This document shows positions 58,236-64,000 of a DNA stretch of 64,000 bases, piece after piece. Origin of the DNA: Vitrella brassicaformis CCMP3155 (taxonomy: Eukaryota; Protista; Chromerida). Position 1 is the first letter of the stretch. The number at the start of each line of letters is the position of its first letter. The notes below the pieces were generated by a model that ran no database searches, was not told the DNA's origin, and saw only the letters and a list, made by a program, of their open reading frames with translations. Position numbers and translations under genes: made by a program. Location: the NCBI GenBank assembly GCA_001179505.1, contig CDMY01000247.1, forward strand, positions 1 through 64,000, written 5' to 3'.

Positions 58236-60893
58236 GCGGACCGAGATCAGCAGCGGGGGCAGCAACACGCACACACAGATGCGGCCGCAGAAGGGCGACA
58301 GAATGGTACGGAACACACCTGCACACACTGTGGGCGTCGGGCTCTCTATGCCGCGAGTGTCTGCAGTGAGAAGCTGAGAGATCCCTCCCTCTGTGTGTGT
58401 GTGTGTGTGTGTGCGTCAGGTGTTGGCTCCGGGACGCCCAATGGCTCACCGTCAGCATCTGGCGCAGAGCCTGTTAGGAAGCGTAAGCAGCCGCAGACAC
58501 ACTGCTGACTGAGAAACACAACACAGAACAGAACAGAATTGCGTTCTCTCCTTTGCTGGCCGTCGGCTTCAGCCCGGAAGTGTTTGGACATCTCGGGTCT
58601 CGAGGCGGCCTGTGTGGGTCGGGAGGTCATAGAGGAGTGGGACGACACCGAGGGCGACGCCAACAGCGGGGCGGGCATCATCAAGTACGTCATGGTGGGG
58701 GGGTCTCGCGGGGGGCGCTCTGAGGGCGAAGGGCCGGTCGATGTGGGCTGGAAGGTCCATGTGGTCGAGGAGTGGTACAACTGCCTTGGTCAGACACACA
58801 CAGACAGACAGACAGACAGACAGACAGAGGGAGGAGAGCTCTGTGTGTCTGTGTGTGTGCAGGCCGTCTGTATACTCAAGACGCCCCGTCGGGCCGCAAG
58901 TTGCGCATCGGGTCGGGCGGCAAGGCGGACTGCAGCTACTCGATCGCCATCCTCGACAGCATGACCACCGGGGAAACCGCCGTCTTCAAGGTGACTCACA
59001 CGACAGACCACACACCACACCAGTGGGCATGTCCGTTGTGTCACTGTGTGTGCAGGTCAACCACGCCAACCACCCCCTGCAGCGGTCGGGCGGGTCGGCG
59101 GGACCGTGCCGCATCTTCCCCTACCAGCACCTGTGGATCAAGATCACCGTACTCTCTATGGAGCCGCCAAAGGCCAAGAAACACACAACCGACTTCGCCG
59201 ACTTCGCTGAAGAGTGCGCCAAACACCTCACCGAGGTCAGAGGGAGAGGGAGAGACACATGGGCTTCGACGTGTCAGCACGGCTGTCATTGTCCTTTGTG
59301 TGTGGTTTGTGTGGTTTGTGTGGTTTGTGTGGTTTGTGTGGTCAGGGGAGTCGTCTGTTGGGTGAGGGTAAGTACGGCCAGTGCGTCACGGCCTACAACA
59401 AAGTGCTGGGACAGAAACCGAGCCAAGCGGGTCAGCCGGCCTCTCTGCCTCCCTCTCTGACGCACACAGTCGTATGTGTGTGGGGTGCAGTGCTCAACAG
59501 CTGGGCGGCCGACGAGCAGTCAAAGGCGTTGGACTTCTTCAAGCGAGCCAGACTCAATCAGGCCCTGGTCAGCTCCACAAATGGGCCTTCCCCCGTCGCC
59601 GTGTGCACACCCAACTGTGGCTATGATGTGTGTGTGGTGCAGGGGTATCTGAAGCGCGTAGCCGACAGCGACGCCAAGGCGGCCTTCGAGCTCGCCAACA
59701 AGACCATCGACCTCTGCACTGCCGTCATCAAAGGTGGGCCGATGCAATGCACCAAAACACGAGACACTCACACGGCTGTGTGTGTTTGTGTCCGTCAGAC
59801 CACCCCGATGAAGCCAAGGCCTACTTCCGCCGCGCCAAGGCATTCCTGCACACCGTACGACCACACAGACAGAGAGAGGCGTCCCCTCAATCGCCTCATG
59901 TCGTCTGTCTGTATGTGTGTGTGCAGAAGAACTACCAGCCCGCCCTGAGTGACCTGCAGCGCGCCCACAGCCTGGTGCCGGCAGACCAGCTCATCGTCCA
60001 GGAGTACAACGCCGCACGACAGACTTACCTGTGAGCTCACAGTCATCGCACCACCTCGCACAGAAATCTGTCTCTCCGTCACTGTGTCTGTCTGCGGATG
60101 TCTGTTAGGGCCGTTGTCGCGGAGCGCAAAGCCGAGAGTGAGGCCAATCGGGAGAGGCGGCAGAGGCGGGTCGAACAGATCATGGCGCGCGAGAGGCACC
60201 AACAGGTACGCTCACACCAACCGACTGAGAAAGTCACTGCGATGGCTTCTTTGCCTGTCTGTCTGCCACACAATGGTGCAGGAGTTGGCTGAGCGGCAGA
60301 GGCGGGAGGAGGAGGCCATTCGCCGACAGCGGGACGAGTGAGCCACACAGAATCCATTGGCCGCCCCCCTTCCCTCAGTCTGCGTGTGTGACTCTCCACT
60401 GTGGGTGGCGCAGGGAGGAGGATCTTGAGCGCCAGGCCGCCCGGGAGAAAGCCAAAGCCGACGGAACGTAAGAGTGCACAGCTGTGGGGGTGGGGATGGA
60501 CTGTCTGTCTGTCTGGGTCGATACTGTCCTTGGCTGCCCGTGTGTGTGGGTCGTCATGGCCGCATCGGTGCGGCAGCATTGGTATGGATGGCGTGTGTGG
60601 TGACGACAGGTCCTTCACACACGTCGGCCGGCTCGAGGAGATGCTGGGCTGCACCGCCGAACAGCTCATCGGCCACGGCGGCTCAGGTGAGGCCCTTCGG
60701 CCACCCAACAGACAACACACACATCGTCACACACACACACAAATGGCTGCTGTCAGGTTTATCCGAGAATGATGACTTAGATCTCGATGGTGACGATGAG
60801 TGGCAGGCGGGACCACACGAACGAGAGAACGGCGCGGGGGCGGGCGGCGGAGAGGGGGAGGGGGAGGCGGGCAGCATGGAGGCCCTCGACTGA
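58011..60893 (+). CDS. FKBP-like domain plus TPR co-chaperone (immunophilin/AIP-like architecture)
   Basis: GIIKYVMVGG..SMTTGETAVFKV..IKITVLSME (degenerate FKBP), then TPRs (GKYGQCVTAYNK, RARLNQAL|GYLK, KAYFRRAKAFLH|KNYQPALSDLQRAHSLVP), a coiled coil, and a final exon ending GSMEALD*. Confidence 0.8.
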
Positions 60894-61145
60894 TGTGTAG
60901 ACACTGGAGGTGTGTGAGCCGTCCGATGCGAATCTGTGTGGATAACTCATAAGCACATACGCAATGGGTCGACGGCCGGCCAGCCGCCACTCCTTTGCAA
61001 AGCTTCAAGTTGTTTGCGTTGGATGCTCCGCTTCGGCCGAGATTGCTCATGGCCTCAGAGAACAACTTCAGCCCACAGATCTGTTGGGAGCCACGGCCTG
61101 AGACTGGGGCGGCGGCGTCTCGCGCTGGGCAGCCGTGCGGCGACG

Positions 61146-64000
61146 ATGCTGGGCTTCTTGCACGGCCAGCGCACTCCCCGGCTGCAGGGCCAGGAGGGCT
61201 GCAATGGGAGAGACGGCCACAGCCGCCCCAGTGTTGCTGAGGAGGTGTGCTACATCCAGCTGCCGCGAGTCGACGAGGGCGACGCTGCCGCACAGCAGGC
61301 CATCCACCACACACAGACGGGCCATCCCAAGGTCACCTTGCAATGCTCCTAGTGCATCTCTGCGTGTGTGGCCATCGGCCTCTGATGTCTGTGTCCCTCC
61401 CTCCCTCAAGGCATTGCAGATGTCAGCGGCGGCCTCGAGTGACCAGGTCCCTCTGCTGCAGGACGATGAGCACGGGCTGATGGAGCCCCAGCTGCCGGAC
61501 GTCACCGATGACATCACCAAGGCACCGAGACGCCTTGAGCAGGTCTGTGGCTGTGATGCGGACAGCGGCACGGTCACACACTCTGAGAGGTCTCTTGGAC
61601 GTCTGTGTGTGTCATCTGCAGGTGCCCCTGGTGGGTGCCCCAGCTGCCGACGATTTTTATAATTGGATACCGACGTACGGCCTGAGAGACAGCATCAAGG
61701 AGGCCATCGATGAAGAGGATGCGGAGGGTCTGCGGAAGGCCCTCGCCGGTCTGTCGCCTGAGCAAACCGAGAAAGCACTGACGACCAGAGAGTGGTTCCC
61801 TTGGGGATCTGCCATCCACTATGCCGCAAGTACGCCTCTTCGCACCACTACACACACATGATGCGGCTACATGGCCTGTGTGTGCTTCTCAGACAAGTGC
61901 TCGGATGTGGCTGTGTTTGAGGTGCTGCTGGACAACCGACGCCACCTGCTCAACCTGAAACGGGTATCGTGCTCGTCAGTTACATTCATTCTGCCCATTC
62001 GCCGACCGGTGTCTTCGCTGCAATCTTCATGCTGTGTCTGTAGGGTGGCTGGACGCCTCTTCATTTGGCAGCAGTCTTCGGGTCAGCTGATGTTGTGGAG
62101 AAGTTTGTCGAGTGGGGCGGCAAGGAGCTGCTGGAGGCTAAACACAACGTATGGACGAGGGAATGTCGAGTGATGGATTGGACAGCTTGTGTGTCTTGGT
62201 CGTGCTATGATTCAGGATGGAAAGACGCCTCTTCATGAGGCAGCAAGTCAGTCACCCCTGCAAATGACAACCACACGAGTGCATGAGTCTTCGAGGTGTC
62301 TCTCTTCGCTCTCCTGCAGGGTTTGGCCGTGCTGATGTGGCGGCGGTGATGTTGAAGATCAACCCGCAGCTGTTGAAGATCAAAGACAACGTAGGCTGCA
62401 CTGCACCGATCGAGCTCTGTGTCGATGTTGTCGCTTGTCGTGACTCTGACAGAGGGGAAAGACGTCTCTAGATAATGCCCTTCACAAAGCGTCAGTCGTC
62501 GTAGAGATCCTTGCTGTGGCTGGAGACATGGTCATGGAGCTGCTCGAACGAGGCGTGAAAGTGGAAGATGTGTCGGCCGAGGATCTTAAGAAGGTGGTGC
62601 CCTTGGCGAAGCGAATTTTGAAGGACAAATCTGAGTCGCTGGGCCTCGACAGCCTTCGCTGCTGTGCCGTCTTTCGCAAAGTGATGAAGTCACGACCGAA
62701 GGACTCCGTCACAGATGACCTTGAGAGGACTTCCAACCGGCAGGAGGTCAATTGACAGACACACAGAGCACAGCAGTCTTCACTGCTGCATTGATTGTCA
62801 AATTGGTTCAGGCGCTCACAGCCAATTTCTGCAGCGATACAACAGAAGAAAACTTCCAACAGTCACTTGCAGGCAAAGAGAGAGAATGGTTTGCGGCGCT
62901 CGAGTCGGCAGAGCCCCTTTCTGTCGTCACCCAAGGTAAGCCGCACAAGCGATCTCCTCGTTTCTCTGTCGGTCCGCTCATGCCTCCTCCGTCTCCCTGC
63001 CAATGATTGCGAAAGCCAACTGCACACCTCTCGTCACAGAGCATTGGAAGGAAGGCTACGAAGTGTCGAGCATCCAGCTGTCACCCCGAGATGTCTTCAT
63101 CAGCCGGTGCTGTCAATGCTGCTGATGTGAGACTGCAGCCATGGACAAGGATACAGGCAGAGAGAAGCATCTCTATCTGTCTGTGTGATATCAGGGTGGC
63201 CTTTGTGCTGCTGCACATCGAGTCTATCAAGGGAGACAGCGGCATGATGATGCCGTTGGAGTGGCCGGCGGTGTGGCTGTGGGGCTCAGTGCTGACCGGC
63301 AGCGGCTTTGTCCTCCTGGAAATCTTCCAAGTATGCCTCACTGATCGACAACAATATGTCTCGTCCTCTGTGTGTGCAGTTCATCCGGCTGAAGGCAGCG
63401 TACTGGGCCGACTCATGGTACGCCTCAGGCTTCGTGCTGGCGGCTCCATTTGTGTGTTGTCGGTGTGTGCCGATGAAGGAACTGGGTGGATGCTGGAAGT
63501 TCGCTGGCCATGATCGCCTTCATAGCCATTCACTTCGCTGGCTGGTCGGAGGAGGCGGAGGTCAGCTCAGGGATCGTCATAGCGCTCCTCTTTGCGCTGC
63601 GCCTCCTCCAAACGGCCAGCCTGCACCCAGCCGTGGGACCTCTCATACTGTCAGGGAGAGAGACACAGACACAGAGAGAGAGAGAAAGGTGTCTGATGGT
63701 GTGTGTGATGGGGGTGTTTGTGTCAGTGCGGTTGTGAGAATGTTTTCGGACATCAGCATGTTTCTGTGTCTGTACGTCTACATCCTGCTGGTCTTCGCGG
63801 TCGTCTTCACCCTCCTCTCGTCCGACGAAGACCACCAGTACTTCGGCTCCTTCGCCAAAGCCACGCTCACGCTGTACTCGATGACACCGACACACACAGA
63901 GAGAGAGCGCCAGTCGTCATGTGCTGTTGGTTGGCTGCATTCCATCAGTTTCTACGGTGGTCTTGGCGACTTCAATGAGGCGCTGACCAACGCCATCGAG
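61146..64000 (+). pseudogene. Ankyrin-TRP channel paralog 3 (runs off the right edge); 1-nt deletion near 63106
   Basis: Colinear with paralogs 1 and 2 (GWTPLHLAA, GKTPLHEAA, FGSFAKATLTL). It reads cagccggtgctg where both paralogs have cagccgcgtgctg. Confidence 0.85.

Noticed and set aside
59315-59345. 9-bp tandem repeat (tttgtgtgg)n
   Set aside because: An ordinary intronic microsatellite variant.

Overview
This is eukaryotic, GC-rich, intron-dense genomic DNA. Introns are short GT-AG types packed with (GT)n, (ACAG)n, (ATCC)n and (AGTG)n microsatellites, and there is one 300-N gap. The intron style, an ApiAP2 gene, a bipartite plastid-type leader and recurrent lineage-specific families suggest a chromerid alveolate such as Vitrella brassicaformis (inference, no search run). 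Recognisable content: the 5' end of a LINE ORF2 (APE endonuclease, open to the window edge and absent from the ORF track), an importin-alpha-like ARM protein, three paralogous ankyrin-repeat TRP-type channels, a cupin_3 protein, a probably plastid-targeted saccharopine-dehydrogenase-like oxidoreductase, a GST, a TMEM8/CREST-like membrane protein, a peptidyl-tRNA hydrolase with a long C-terminal extension, a tandem-AP2 factor, an FKBP-TPR co-chaperone ending in MEALD, kinase-like and RING fragments, and several hypothetical genes. The most striking pattern is the density of single lesions in otherwise well-formed genes: five in-frame stops (four TAG, one TGA, each one A>G change from TGG, and at least three at positions where Trp fits) and at least three frameshifts. 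There is also a mosaic, part-inverted duplication linking about 10-12 kb with 57.4-58.2 kb. All exon models were assembled by eye, so boundaries are approximate. No rRNA, tRNA or CRISPR array was recognised.
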